The notes under the pieces are model-generated. The model was not told the DNA's origin and did not search any database. It saw nothing but the letters and a program-made list of their open reading frames with translations. The translations under genes were made by a program, and so were the position numbers. A stretch of DNA of 63,778 nt, counting the filler, from Octopus bimaculoides (lineage: Eukaryota): assembly GCF_001194135.2 (NCBI RefSeq). It is 7 parts of 7 records of this genome, joined end to end, with 100 filler letters (N's around TTAATTAATTAA, not from the genome) between each part and the next. Parts side by side here need not be neighbours in the genome. Positions count along the whole stretch, not along the records: positions 1 to 24,550 come from NC_068993.1; 6 more parts are not named here. One strand, written 5' to 3'. The stretch's first letter is position 1; each line of letters opens with the position of its first letter. Below, piece by piece: positions 1 to 14,502 of this stretch.

Positions 1-37
<37 letters not shown>

Positions 38-588
38 GCATTAAGTAATCATCGTATTTCAATTTCCTTCACTTTTACAGACACAACACAGGCTACACTT
101 TCAGGCTTTTTGAATAAAGTTTTCAGGAACAACCGAATGGGTTTACAACTAATCCCGTGAAAAATTCACGGTTTCCATTAGTTCATATAAATTTGGACGA
201 CAGCATACTGCCAAAATCTGTCGTCAACATTTATTCAAAAGGTTTTTGTAACCCCAGTACATACCCCATCACTCCCCATAATGATAATCCTTTTCTTCCT
301 TTCCTTCTCTTTCTCGTTTCTGCCTACCAGTTGACTCTAAGCCACACACACACTAAGCATAGTTTTGGTCTTGTGCTAAAATTCTCATTGCTTCTTTAAT
401 CTTACTCAGTATTTCATTGTTTACTATTTTATTTTTGGCTGTTGCCTTCTTTATTCAGCCGGACTTCCATTGTCTTATGGTTAACTTAGGAATCCCATGC
501 GACAATATAAATTTCATTAAGGTAATTTCATTTCTGAGCCTGATGATTAGGTACGCTAAGTAGATTTCATTGCGCAACATTGCATACA

Positions 589-624
<36 letters not shown>

Positions 625-1295
625 TTTATCATAAAGGATAATATCATTCATTATTTTATCAGGTCAGCACGAAAATAAAAACCTTATAGGTAAATTTTCC
701 AAATATTATATTAATAATTATATACATAATTATAACAAGGGATTGGCAAAACGCCTCAACACGCGCTTAAAGCAGACGCCAGATGACACTAAAACCATCT
801 TAAAACTCTAAAAACACAGGTTGTAATCGAACAAAAGTAAGATAATAAATTAAACTTTTGGTTAATCACGTATAAAGATCTCATTTCAAGCTAAAGGTAA
901 AAATATACCTATTGCTATTATCACAGTTGATATTCCGTTGTATAAATGTACCAGCGTCTACACATACCTATACGAGCAGCGCCGTCGCACAGCAATATGT
1001 GAACATACTTGCAAAAATATACAGTAAAAGTAGAATTTACATCTTTCTCTTCAACCACGTCATATATATCAAAATAATGCTGCAGTGAAGGCAACTTTGA
1101 TGCGGAGTAAAATTTTCATATATTAATTAAATAATAAAGGATAAAATCATTTTATCAGGAGGTCAACATGAAAATAAAAACCTTTTAGATAAATTTTCCA
1201 AATATTTTCAGCGCGTAGTGAGGCGTTTTGCCAATCCCTTCTTATAATTAAATATATAATATAATATAATATAATACACACACACACACACACGC

Positions 1296-1346
<51 letters not shown>

Positions 1347-2827
1347 GCACGTTTGCCTCTTGATATCACCTTTCTTCACCTAAACATCTGTCAGAAATTA
1401 TATGAATTGTAAACATGCAATCAGTGTTGTTAGCGTATTCAAATGAAAAGGAATAAAAAGTCATAAAAGAAGAAATAATCAATAAAAAATTATCGAAGAA
1501 AATAGTAATCATAAGAAAAATATATAAAACACCCCTCTGTATGTCATTTGAAAACGAAGAGATCTCGAATAAAGAAAAAATTATAAATTTTAATAAATTG
1601 CAACTATAAATCAAAATAGTTCGAAACGAGGTCACCGTTTTTGTATTTTCATAATTTTTGTTAAATTCAAGTTTTTATTCATCATAACTTTAAGACTTTA
1701 CAGTTTCAAGAAATATTCTTTTCTTTTATAGAAACCAATATTCATTTTTCCCATTTTTTTCTATTGATGATTTTTATTGATTATTTCTAAATTGTTTTCT
1801 TATTTTTGCTATTTTGTTGGGTATTTGAGTATAGCGTATGAGTTTGTAATGTGATCAGGACAAATGTCATTTTTCACATGTTAAAATGAACCAGGCGACT
1901 GTTGAAATAGAAATACAAACTGCATAGTAAATAATTTTTTAGTTCGTTTATAACCAGTAGTATCCTATGTATATATATATATATATATATATAAAACCAT
2001 GTATATCTATATGTATATATATGTATATAACCATGTGTATATGTATGTATATCTTAATAATACTAAAACTCTAGAGATGTTTGTGTGTAACCGAAATATC
2101 TCAGAAATAGTATATTTTATCTTAATTTGTTTTGCATATTTATTTTCATACTTAACTTGGGCAGTGTAGTACAAATTTTTGTGATATTTGGACCCCCCAC
2201 CACCACCATTTATTAATGAAACGATTAAACACAATTTTTGTTTCTTATTTCTTAACGAAAAAATCATGGCTTCCGTGAAGTCAACACACATACACACATA
2301 CAGAAAACACACATATATTATGAATGTCATAGCGTGTCAACCAACACAAACACACGTCCGCTATCTGTGACATGTACACACACATAAACTTTATGACGTA
2401 CACAATGTTTCAATCATTTAGAAATACCTTTAACTGAATGTGATTTCAAAAATACAAGTTGTTTGTGCAGTAAGTATTTTTATTTTACTTTTCTTTAAAC
2501 AGTTCATTAATTTTATTTGTTTACTTTCGTTTCAAAGTTAAAGAGAGGAGGAAGTGAAAGTTGTATGTACGTGTATATGAAATCGACGTGTGTGTGAAAG
2601 AGAGAGAGAGAGGAAGAGAGAGGGAGAAGAAGAAAGAGAGAGAGAAAGAGTGAAAGATAGTGAGTGAAGGGTGTGATGTCATGTATACGTACATACATCA
2701 ATACATATGCAGACATATTTTTCAATGTACGTGTACATGTTTGTATGAGAGAGAGAAAGAGAGAGGGAGTGAGTGAACGTGTGTGTTCTCATGTATATGG
2801 CACACTCTGTATCTCTCTCTCTCTCTC

Positions 2828-2885
<58 letters not shown>

Positions 2886-3056
2886 GCCCATTTCATATAC
2901 ACGCTTATACATCTTTCACTTTCTCTCACTTTAAAACAAAAGTAAATAAAAAAAATCAGCTGACCTGGATGACAGCTCTGAGAGTCAGAGTGAAAGATTG
3001 CCCCAAAGGAATACTATTACAAAATTTTTACGAATGCACTCAACGTATCTCAGCTC

Positions 3057-3620
<564 letters not shown>

Positions 3621-5174
3621 ATACAAGCATGTATTTAGACGTCTGTAATATAATAGTTTGGCTCTCCATTGGTTGCAATGACCAATGTTCAATGTTCAGT
3701 GATCAATGGATCAGAATGCTCGTGAAATTCACGTGAATATGGTTTGGCAATCCACAGCCACGCATACTCTTAATGTAATTCTCAGGGATATTCAGCATAA
3801 CACAGAATGTGACAAGGGTGTCCCTTTGAATTACAGGTACAACTCATTTTTGCCAGCTGACGTGATTGTAGCAACGTGTCTTGCTGAATGTCACAACGAA
3901 TGCGTACATATATAAACATATATATGTACATATATATACGTACCCATGTCTATGTATATATGCGTATATATGTAAACATATGTACATGAACACATATTAT
4001 ACATATATATTTATACATTTACATATATGCACAGACAAAGACAAGCAAATAAAGAACACACACAAAGACGGAAAGCGTCACAGATGTGTGACGAAAGATT
4101 TCCGGACAATGGACATAAGATGGGAAACGAAAGGAAAGGCAAGAGAGAAATTGTAAGCAAATAATCAAGTTACCAAAGGAATAGGCGATTACATGACATA
4201 AGAAATAGCGAAAATTAGAATATAAAATATAAAGAATGAAAAAGTGGTAGAAGAACCGATGTCATGAAGAAGAGTTGAAGCAAATGCAGATTTCAAATGG
4301 CCTGTATGATAGCAAAAAAGGATGTCGATAACACAAAGTTACCACTTGCAGGCATATCTGTTCCGAATGAGAAAATTGCAGAATAAATATATCTCATAAG
4401 TTGTACGAGAAATAAATAATTAATTAAAACAATTTAAAACACTTTATATGATTAAGAAATTAAAATTATTTATAGCTCATTATAAGGTTATTCATTTGAA
4501 ACATTGGATGTGAAATCTATTTTAAATTCGGTTAAAATCAAGGTAGGTGCATATGAAGGTAGAATAGAGGAAGAAAGAAAGAACAATGACAGAAGGAGGC
4601 AGGGAAAGATAGGAAGAAGGTGTTGATGGGATGCCTAATGTCCTTTATCAGAAGTTGACAATATGCTTTTAAAAACGAGAGAAAATCGATGACATGTTAA
4701 AAGAATAGTCTTGAGAAGTTACGCGGGTGGAAGATACATAAAACAGGATGTTAAATTGAATTATTAAGAATAATTTTAAAATCATGCAACTTAAAATACA
4801 AAATGTAAAATGCATTTCAAAGTAATTCTAAAAATTAAAACTCAGCTTAATGCAATTAATATGTTATATGACTATAAAGAGAATTTTTGTATTGTTCCGT
4901 TGTGTAAAGTGATACGTGAAATAGACATTTGTGTGTGTGTGATTACAGGAAAATCAGAGCTAGCTCAGATGTTGAAGAGATCCCACTACAGAGCGTGCCT
5001 GTATAGTTAAGTAGTTTACTTCTTGCGTTCAGTCCCACGGTGCGGAACTTTGGGCAAGTGTTTTCTACCATAGCCGAAGCGTTGAGATTGGGTTTAGTGG
5101 ACGATAACTGAAACAGACACACACACACACATCTCTTTACCAGAGACCTAGCGGTCTTGTCACGTTTGAATGCT

Positions 5175-6460
5175 TTAATCGCCCTTCTGTTCAGTCTCGT
5201 CCTTACATGTGTCTGATGGCCACCAAAAATTTTTACTGTGACCTGATTTACACCAGTAAAGGATTCCTCCACCTTTCGAGGATGCTTTTCTCCTTAGAGA
5301 GAAGAACCCCAGTAGAGTCCTTAATGGCAGGTGTGATTTAAGATCAGAATCCAGATTAATCTCAAAGTCCGACAATGACTTAACCTGGGACTTTTACACT
5401 GTCTCTGCTGTAACTTTTCGTACCTCACTGTATATGATGCACAAAAGGGGAGACCTGATTCCAAGCCAGGCTTTGTAAACACCCTGCTTTGCTTGCTTAG
5501 CATCTTTAACTTCCTGGTTAAATCAAGGGGTTCCTTTATCAGCTGGTGTCACACCGAGCCGCTTTCATCCACAGCATTATATCAGCCGAATAAGAAACTT
5601 CCTAAGAAAAACAATCACTATTCCGTTTCGATGTACACAGTTTGTTCGGGGAAGTCTTTGAACTTGGATGTAATAATATCTGCATATTTGTCTCTGATCC
5701 CATCATCTACTAGGGTTTCCCATTTTACCTGTAAGCCGCACTAGGCATACCAGTTTTTAGGTTTTGTAGATAGTCTGTTGCTGTAGACTACGATGTGATG
5801 ATCAGTTGATAGCTCAGCCTTGCTCTCTACATGATCCGAGGTGACAATAAAATGACTTGTGTTCCAAAATATCCCTATTCCAGGTATTCTTATGGATATC
5901 TTTGTGTTGGAAGAATGTGTTCATAATGAGAGCCAATTTCTAGCATAGAAGGTTAGTAAGGCCTCACCATTCGTATGGAGTTCAAGAGCACCATACCTCA
6001 CTGTCATTCCTTTCCACGGCCGGGTATTAGTGCCAACATGTACATAGAAATCTCCTAGTAGAATAAACGACTCGGTCTTCAATATGTAAAGCTGCAGTGA
6101 CTTTGTCAAGAAAGAGCTGGAAATTAGCTTCTCTGTTTAGTGCATACATTTGGTTCTTTCTTCAGCCTAAGCGTCGGGAGGCAAACTTTCTCACCAAGTG
6201 CAATCCATTGCATAATACAGCTGGGGTCATGCAAGCACCCGCACTTCCGTCTTCGCAGACAGATTCGGCACTATACCTGAATAGTGGAATTTCCACCCTC
6301 TATCCAAATCTACGATACTAGAGCCATGGAAACACCTATAGGAGACATCAACTATATCTATCCGGCAGCGTTTTGACATCTCTACCAGTTGCTGCTTTTT
6401 ACCTTTTAGGCTCGTGACACGCATCACTTTTGCTCTCACCCACGTCTCCCAGAACAAGTT
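5175..6460 (-). mobile_element. RTE-clade LINE remnant: AP endonuclease domain plus linker
   Basis: Pieces VTSLKGKKQQLV, WKFHYSG, ILLGDFYVHVG, NGEALLTF, STDHHIV (APE motifs), followed by WFNQEVKDAKQAKQGVYKAWL linker; multiple stops. Confidence 0.75.
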
Positions 6461-6660
6461 GTAAGCCTATTACTAGTGGACACTACAATATAATTCTGGA
6501 ACGGATTCCTCTACCTAATATTCAAACATGTCATATTTTAACCTTCGGAACGGACAATACGGTGTGGTTATCCTTTCGAACCCTTTTCATATTGCAGGTT
6601 TTGGTGATCTTATTCGTGATAGGCACCAAGCTGGTATTTATATTACATCGTGACAATATA

Positions 6661-7815
6661 CAGGTTGCGGTGAATATATTGTCATCGAAATTACGCAAAA
6701 ATGAAAATAACACTGACGTCTCACTTTAACAGATATATTTACCAAAATTACATAAAAATATCGTGAAATACTAAAGAGTAAATTTATTCAATAAAATCGC
6801 CATTGGCTCCAACCACGGCCTCCAGACGATTTTGGAATCTCTGCAACTTAAGAGAGTTAAGTGGCCAGATGTTCGGGGTGATGTGGTTGCAGAAATTGAC
6901 TGACAGCCATTACTAGGTTCTCCTGCGTGTGTGACATGGAGTAGTGTCTTGTTGCCAGACATAGGGTCTTCCAGCAGCCATCCTCTGGACCCTACTATTT
7001 CCTTCTGGCACTTGATGTAGGTCTCCGAGTAAAGTCTGAGGCCGTGTGCGAAGATGAATGCAGGCATAACGTCGCCATCCCTAGTCATCACTCCAAACAC
7101 AATGTTGCTGACAAGATGTTTTATTTTTATCACTCTTGGTACATGTTTTGGGGACACGGCAAGCCAACGGTTGTTCTGTGTGTTCAGCATCTGATCCTGG
7201 CAGAAATTTTTCCCATATGAGAAAAACCAAATATGTTCAGTTAGTGGGGATGCTTGAGTTTGTTCAAAAGCTTCGTAGCACAGTCTTTCCTTTTGTGCTT
7301 GATGGCTTGGGGCAAAAATTGGATCTTTCACATCTTGTATGAGGAATACCGAATGTCTTCATGCACTACCTACCGGGTAAGAAACTCAGACACTCCCATA
7401 TCGCTGGCGATGGACCTGATTGAATTGGAGGGTTTGTAGTCAATCACGGCCCTTATATCACAAAACAAATTCAGTTCTTTTCTTATCAGAGCGATTAGAG
7501 TGAGTTTTCCGAGCTGCCATACCTTCGTAATCACCATTTGACTCATTCAACTCTTTCCGAATCCTGTGTACTGTCGTCATATTGACACTCAAATACTCTG
7601 AAATGTTCATATTGGAGCTTGCGATGCGAATGCCAAGCGGTACAGTATGTCATTTCCAAATTTCTAGCAGAGTTAATTACGTCATCGACGTGTATTTGTC
7701 ACAGACAGTGCCCAACTGACCCTGCTATAATTTGTAGTCGACAAATCAAAAACAAACAAAGCGCATGTGTGAAATGAAAAATGTAAAATTGTGACAATTT
7801 ACCTATCGCACCATG
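6661..7815 (-). mobile_element. Tc1/mariner-superfamily transposon fossil (maT/DD37D-like) with internal deletion
   Basis: TA-flanked degenerate TIRs (caggttgcgg..attgtc / gacaatttacctatcgcaccatg). Transposase pieces IWFFSYGKNF, TQNNRW, VFGVMTRDG, then YVWQQDTTPCH..IWPLNS fused to RFQNRLEAVVGANGDFIE*; the third catalytic Asp region is deleted, so the subfamily is inferred. Confidence 0.8.
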
Positions 7816-10800
7816 TATATATATAATCACCGACCTCTATATATGTATCTCTATTTCTCCGTACACATATACATTATANNNNNNNNNNNNNNNNNNNNNN
7901 NNNNNNNNNNNNNNNNNNNNNNNNNNNNNNNNNNNNNNNNNNNNNNNNNNNNNNNNNNNNNNNNNNNNNNNNNNNNNNNNNNNNNNNNNNNNNNNNNNNN
8001 NNNNNNNNNNNNNNNNNNNNNNNNNNNNNNNNNNNNNNNNNNNNNNNNNNNNNNNNNNNNNNNNNNNNNNNNNNNNNNNNNNNNNNNNNNNNNNNNNNNN
8101 NNNNNNNNNNNNNNNNNNNNNTGAATCGGTTATTGTTATAGCTGCTTCATACGGTAATGTATGAGAAATGCAGGATATTTCAAGTGGGGTATTCCGAGCA
8201 TTTTTTTATCATAATCAAAGTGACACAGGAATGTAGGGCACAATAGCCGTATGTCAAAATAATAAGCTAATGTCATACCAATGTGACACAAAGTGAGATG
8301 CAAAACAGAGCACAAAATGACTCAAAGTAACATGATTAAGAGAGAAGTTGGTGCAGTGAAGTCACGCATGAAAATGGTACGCGAAAGTGGTACACTTAGA
8401 TGGCACGCTAAAGTGGTTCACTAAAATGAGATCCTGAAATTTAATTAAGAATATCATTCTGAAGGTGAACGCGTCACATTTGCCATTTTCGGGTCCTTCA
8501 ACATACATGAGACTGCGGTGGTCGATGTTCAGTTTGAATCTTTCTTGAGCGATATTCGTAGAAAATATTTGAAGGTGAAGTAATCCAGGAAGAAACATCT
8601 TCGAACGCAAAGGGTAGAAATAGGGAGTCCAGGTTTTAAGAAATGAGAAGAAAGCTAGAATGTGCTTGGTGGTACATATTAGTATACGCGTTCAAACAAG
8701 TAGAAACCTTTGATGCATCAGGAAGGAAACAAGGACAAGATACAAGGTGCTTATTGGTTTAGTGAACTGTTTAAGTATTGTTTTGGTTTTGGATTTAATA
8801 CAGATATAGAGAAGTATATAGTCAGGAATAAAATAAATATACAATACTTCGTATACAGTCAGATGATTGGGAACATGAAATCTGAATAACTAGGTGTGAG
8901 GTGCCAGCTACAATTACCATAAACAACTCTCGCCCGTTGGCATATACAACATGACGTCAAATTGACTTCAGTGCTATATCATATCTTTCTTGAGCTCAAT
9001 TTTAAAATGTCGACGGGAGAATATTATTAGAGACGCAGAGCTATGAGCAAAACGATGAAACACCCCTTTCCTCTCGAATTTATCTTAATGTAAAAATTGT
9101 ATTGAGATAATGAGTTTTTTTTATTATATTTATGATTTATGAAGACGCCAGAAGGAAGTGGCAACGAAATCATATAGAAGCGCTTTTATATTTTTTCGAT
9201 TGACAAAGTGAATGAAAAAAATTACATAGATATACATTGAAAAGGTTAGGATATTCAATAAAGACATCTGAGTAGAGTCACGGGTCAACAGTTAGAATCT
9301 AAAGCTTGTAATTTTTTGAATCTACTTAAACACGTTGGAGTTGTAAATGAAAATGATAGAAACGGTAGTGACATTTTCACCTATTGACATAAAGACGAGA
9401 GTGTTGTGTACTTAAACAGCTGGTGTTGATGGAATAAATCATTATTCACCTTGTACGAAAAGAGAAAGATAAACTTTATGCTATCGGGAATTCGAATACG
9501 CGCACACACACATCATGTCATATATTCGGAAGAAAGTTTTCAGGCCAGGTGCGCTAGTTCGAACAACATAAAGGCGAATGAAAGGTAGCTGGTGCAGGTT
9601 AATAGAGAACACCGATTAGACAGATTATCATTGCACAGATGCCGCTGGATTAGCATGCCCTCGCGGAGACTGTTAGTTCTGGGATTAAATATTAGGGTTT
9701 CATTCCTGTAATAAGACGAAACGTAACTACAATGGGGAGAGAAGTGGTGGCTCAAGCCAACCGACGGCTTACATGTCTGGATCTTGCTTGTTATTTTCTA
9801 AATTTATTCACTCGGCGACCATTCACGTTAAAGAAAACTGAAATACCGTCATCTCTGTGCAACTTTACAGAGACTTGGTAGTTTGCTGAGAGCGTTTGCC
9901 AGATTCTTTTGTAGTCGCTGAAAAAGGGGTCTCCGTGAAAATAAAGCGACGCTCAGCAGTCATTATGACTCTCATACCAATGTTACTTATAGAAGTAAAT
10001 GTTTTCCTGTATTTAGAGTTCAATTATATTGAATTAGATAAGTCTACTTTATTTTCTTATTGAACAGCTTGATGACAGTGACCCCAACCCCACTTTCACT
10101 ATGCAAATCCATAGTATTTTTAATTTTAGAGTGATATACGCGCATGCTTCATTTTCGAGAGGGTTATTAGTGTACATATGAGTTTGGGTAGAAGATTGTT
10201 CTTAAAATTGATTATCAGGTTTACACATAACAACATGCTCTACGAAGTCCAGAGGATTTTTGCTGTAGTTATAATCGTTTCTGTCTCTCAACAGGAGTAA
10301 AACTTTATTTATTTGGAGATCATACACCTGAATCAAATAGAATTAAGATCTTTCAATCATGCGGAAATAATGATCTGGGCCATTAATGAGATAAAATAAA
10401 ACAAAGACAAATAAATGAAGGGAAACGGGAATAGAAAGGTAACAAGTTTACTTCGAAACCACGTGACCTGAGACGGCAATGAGCTATACACTTTCTTTCA
10501 GACCCGGCAACTACGAAAAAAAAAAAAACCCCATAAACAAAGAGACAAAAGAAAACACCGCTTTCAATAAATTGATTGCTATTTCCTGCAGTTTGCATGA
10601 CCACTTAGAGGCATCCTGATTAGTTCGTCGTGAATGTCGTTCTTTGATGATTTCCTTTATGCGTGTGTGCGCGTGCGAGTGTGTGTGTGAGTGTGCTTGT
10701 TTCTTCTTTGTTTATTTGATTGTTTTTTTCTTTTTCTTCCTTCCTATGTCTGTCTATTTCTTTTTCTACTTCCCTCTTCACCTGTTTCTCTATTTGTCTT

Positions 10801-11427
10801 TTACTCTCACCTTCTCAGGATACTTGTTTCTCTCCTCTCCTCCCTCTCTTTAACAATTCGACTCTCTTTATGTCTTTACTTTTTTTTTACTATTTGCTTC
10901 TTTATTTCTATCTGTCTGTTTGTCTATATCTCTCCCCCTCTTTTTCTGTTTCTCATCTGGCTATCTATCTCTGTATCTCTTTATCTTCCTGTTCACCTCA
11001 ATACCTACAGAGAAATCCAGTAAACCATTCCTTAAATCACGTCTATTTGCTTTTTTCTTGTGGATAAGAGTTATGGGGTGGCGATGCGGTTGGGGGTAGA
11101 AGTGTTGCCTTTTTTCTCTCCTTTGCAGTATTTCTCATGCAGTTACAGATTAGTTCTTTCTTTCTTGTTTTGCTTTGTGCACATCAATAGACACACTTCA
11201 TAATTGCCATGATAGCGTCACTTGAAAGTACTGACAGAACAAAACCTGCCATACAAACAAACTAAATAGAAACTACAAACAAAAATAACGAAAATTAAAG
11301 CAAACAAGTAAACAAATATGACAAGATTTACCGAAAATTTCAAATGAAAATCAAACATTTACACAGGAACCTTTTACTAATAGAAATATTGGCACAGACT
11401 CGGTGATTACAATAATATTGGTTTCAA

Positions 11428-11622
11428 ATTTTGGCACAAGGCCAGCAAGCTCGGGGGAGGAATACATCGATTATATTGATTCCAGTGCTGAACTGGTACT
11501 TATTTTATCGACTCTGAAAGGATGAAAGTCAAAGTCGACCTCGGTGAAATTTGAGCTCAGAACGTAAAGACGGGCGAAATGCCGCTAAGCATTCTGCCCG
11601 GCATGCTAACGATTCTGTCAGC
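11428..11622 (-). mobile_element. Monomeric copy of the abundant SINE (other copies or remnants near 13960-14150, 16540-16900, 17265-17450, 26481-26830, 48531-48860, 53870-54250, 54650-54760, 55195-55350, 57985-58240)
   Basis: Same core (aactggtacttattttatcgac..aaaggatgaaagtcaaagtcgacctcgg..gagctcagaacgtaaagacg). Confidence 0.8.
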
Positions 11623-14502
11623 TGGTTATTGTTGTAACATTAACATTTATTCTTGTTTCTTTATAGAAATATTAACTCTGGGCTTCTCTTTATTGTGATA
11701 TTAACACCAACCCTTTCGTAATACCCTACTTGTAGATAGCATATAGTTTTGATGTAGCATCTTTCTTTGAAAATCTCTAAAGCAATCGGCAAAATGATAT
11801 ATTATGTACCAGTTGCGTACTGGGGTAGATCTGATCGAATGTCCCCCTCCTTCGATATTTCAGGCTTTGTTCTTATAATAGAAAGGAATATTTATATAAT
11901 TACATTGTTTTACTTTCTGGATTCTAATCGCACTGAGGTTAATTTGCATTTCACCTTCGTGGGTTACGAGATAAAATATAAACCTAGTCACATGTACAGA
12001 GGTTGATTCCATCTACTATTCCTTCCCACCCACACGTAGCAAAGGGATTTACAAGCCCAGGCACATATCTTCTTAGCGCTCTGTGGCTATCCAAAGTTGG
12101 CTTGCTACAACGATGAATAGGGGCCCATAAAATCGAAGTGGTTGTATTCCTGGCTAGAGTAGTAAATCCTAAGTTCGTTTAGGGGAATTTCTAAAAGGTT
12201 CCAGAGTATAATAAAAAGACATTAGCTAATACGAAACGTATTATACCATGTGAGTGGCTTGTGTTGAAAAAAATTAGGTTATCCAAAGATACTTACATAA
12301 TAGAAACGCGTGATAGGTTTTTGTAAAGTGTGATCTTCTATTAAAGAGGTGTCAGTGTGTTAGTATTCATTCTAGTTAATGGAATATCAGTGAAGAATTT
12401 CACTGGAAAAGAAGATATAAATTTGCCAGGTTTTTGTCTCTCTCACCAAGATCATCAGCTGTCGAACGCCGACGAAGGGAAATAACCCTGAAATCCGGAT
12501 ACGTTCGTGCTGCTGATCGAGGTGAGAGGGATAACTTCCCTTGGCAAACAGGACACAGTCGTGTGTCGATAAGCCAGCTGGAGGAGATGTCCTCCTGGGG
12601 CTAAAAGCAACAGTAACATCCACCCCTAGGGGTCAGCCACACTTAAGTGGCAATATACTACACTTTATCGTGCAGTTACTGTTAATACTTCATTTAGAGA
12701 ATTAACATTGCTTATATANNNNNNNNNNNNNNNNNNNNNNNNNNNNNNNNNNNNNNNNNNNNNNNNNNNNNNNNNNNNNNNNNNNNNNNNNNNNNNNNNN
12801 NNNNNNNNNNNNNNNNNNNNNNNNNNNNNNTATATATATATATGTATATATATATATAAGTTAACTATGGTCTATCCATAGCACTTACTCAGCATTACCT
12901 GAAATCTCTGGGTCAAAGTGACACCACTATCGCTCATAACCTACATATATTGAGGTTATGAGAGGTAATGGTGTACTTACATATATAAATATAAATGCAC
13001 ATACACACTCTTTCACACACACACACACACACACGCACACATATACATATACAATGTGCGGGATATTACCAGAACCACTTGATAAAATTCTGACACTGAA
13101 TAGTGCAATGAGAAACGGTGGGGTGAGGGGGTGGATTTAAAGAAAAGTGGTCTGGGGTACTTAAGATAGAAAATGTCTATGCTTCCATAACAGTAACAAT
13201 AGTATGTTGAGAAAGGATTTGCTACCATGCAAGAGAGGTGGCACACTTGATAAACATGTAAACAAAGGATGGTACACGACAGACTTGGTATGGTGCTGTG
13301 TAAATTTCTTTTGTGGTACTCTGTAATGTTCATTTTACTTCATGTGGTGTATGAATTAAAATAATGAAGAATGATCAAATCTATATCCTTTTAAAATATG
13401 TGACTTGTGCCAATATACAATTATAATTATCATTATAAGTATTTCTAACATATGCACAAGACCAGAATTACAATAACTTCGGAACGTCCACTTTTTGGCA
13501 CAGCCCACATCCAGCACAAGAAAATTCCATTTAAATGTCGCAGACCATGTAAAACACGCATTACATAACCGATATCGAATAAAATAACACAACCGATACA
13601 ATGCATAATCTACACAAACACCACCACGCTATACATACTCAGCATAATTCCAGGCCGATAGCATAACATATAACACAAATCATATAGCGTGAACAGAATA
13701 CAGTCATCTAACCGTTACTAAACACATTGAGAGCATATATTACACAACAAATGAAGCAAAAAGACAACAACCAAAATGCAGCTCGATGCTGTATACAAAC
13801 ATCATTCTACAAGAACACTGTGCTACACTTCGCGGAGCAGGAGAAATGCGACTGAATAGAATATATGCTAATAATGGTCTATAATTCAGCCACAAGTCCA
13901 GCAGATTTAAGTGAATGGGGTTTACCGATATTTTCATCTCCCGTACTTAGCTGACACGAAAGGGTGAAAGATGAAATTCGGTGAGATTTAAACTCAGAAC
14001 GTAAAGTGTCGGAAGAATTACTTACGCTCTGCACGTTCTGAGTTCCAGTCTTATTGCGGCCAACTTTGACTTTCATCTATTGATAAAATAAATTATCAGC
14101 CAAGTACTGGGATCAACAGTATCAATTTACCTCCCCTCCCAAATTTCAAACCTTGTAGTTATGTTGGGGACAATAAAAATCTGTAAAGACTTCCATTACA
14201 GACCACACATTTGAAGTGAGGGAACGGTTGCTTGTATCTAATCCTCAGAAATGTAGTTTATTTTATCAATCTTAGAAAAATAAAAGGTAAGGATGTCGGC
14301 TAGATATGAATTCGGAACGTAAATAGATGTAGTCAAATACTGCACATATCTCCTCCATGTTTTACTACTTTTATCAGCGCACCACCACCCCAATACCACA
14401 AATAGTTATTTTTAATGATATATTGCGCGCTGTTAAGACTGCATTCAAATAAGGTCAGTGTTTCATACATGAGCATGTCATAGTTTTTACTTTACCAACA
14501 TA

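Noticed and set aside
459-521. 63-nt open micro-exon candidate (ttattcag...AAG|gtaatt; PDFHCLMVNLGIPCDNINFIK)
   Set aside because: No resemblance to a Cys-loop extracellular-domain segment; AG/GT pairs with an open frame arise by chance.
1385-1860. Possible inverted repeat around aaataatcaataaaaa / tttttattgattattt
   Set aside because: Only a core of about 16 nt matches convincingly in low-complexity AT-rich sequence.
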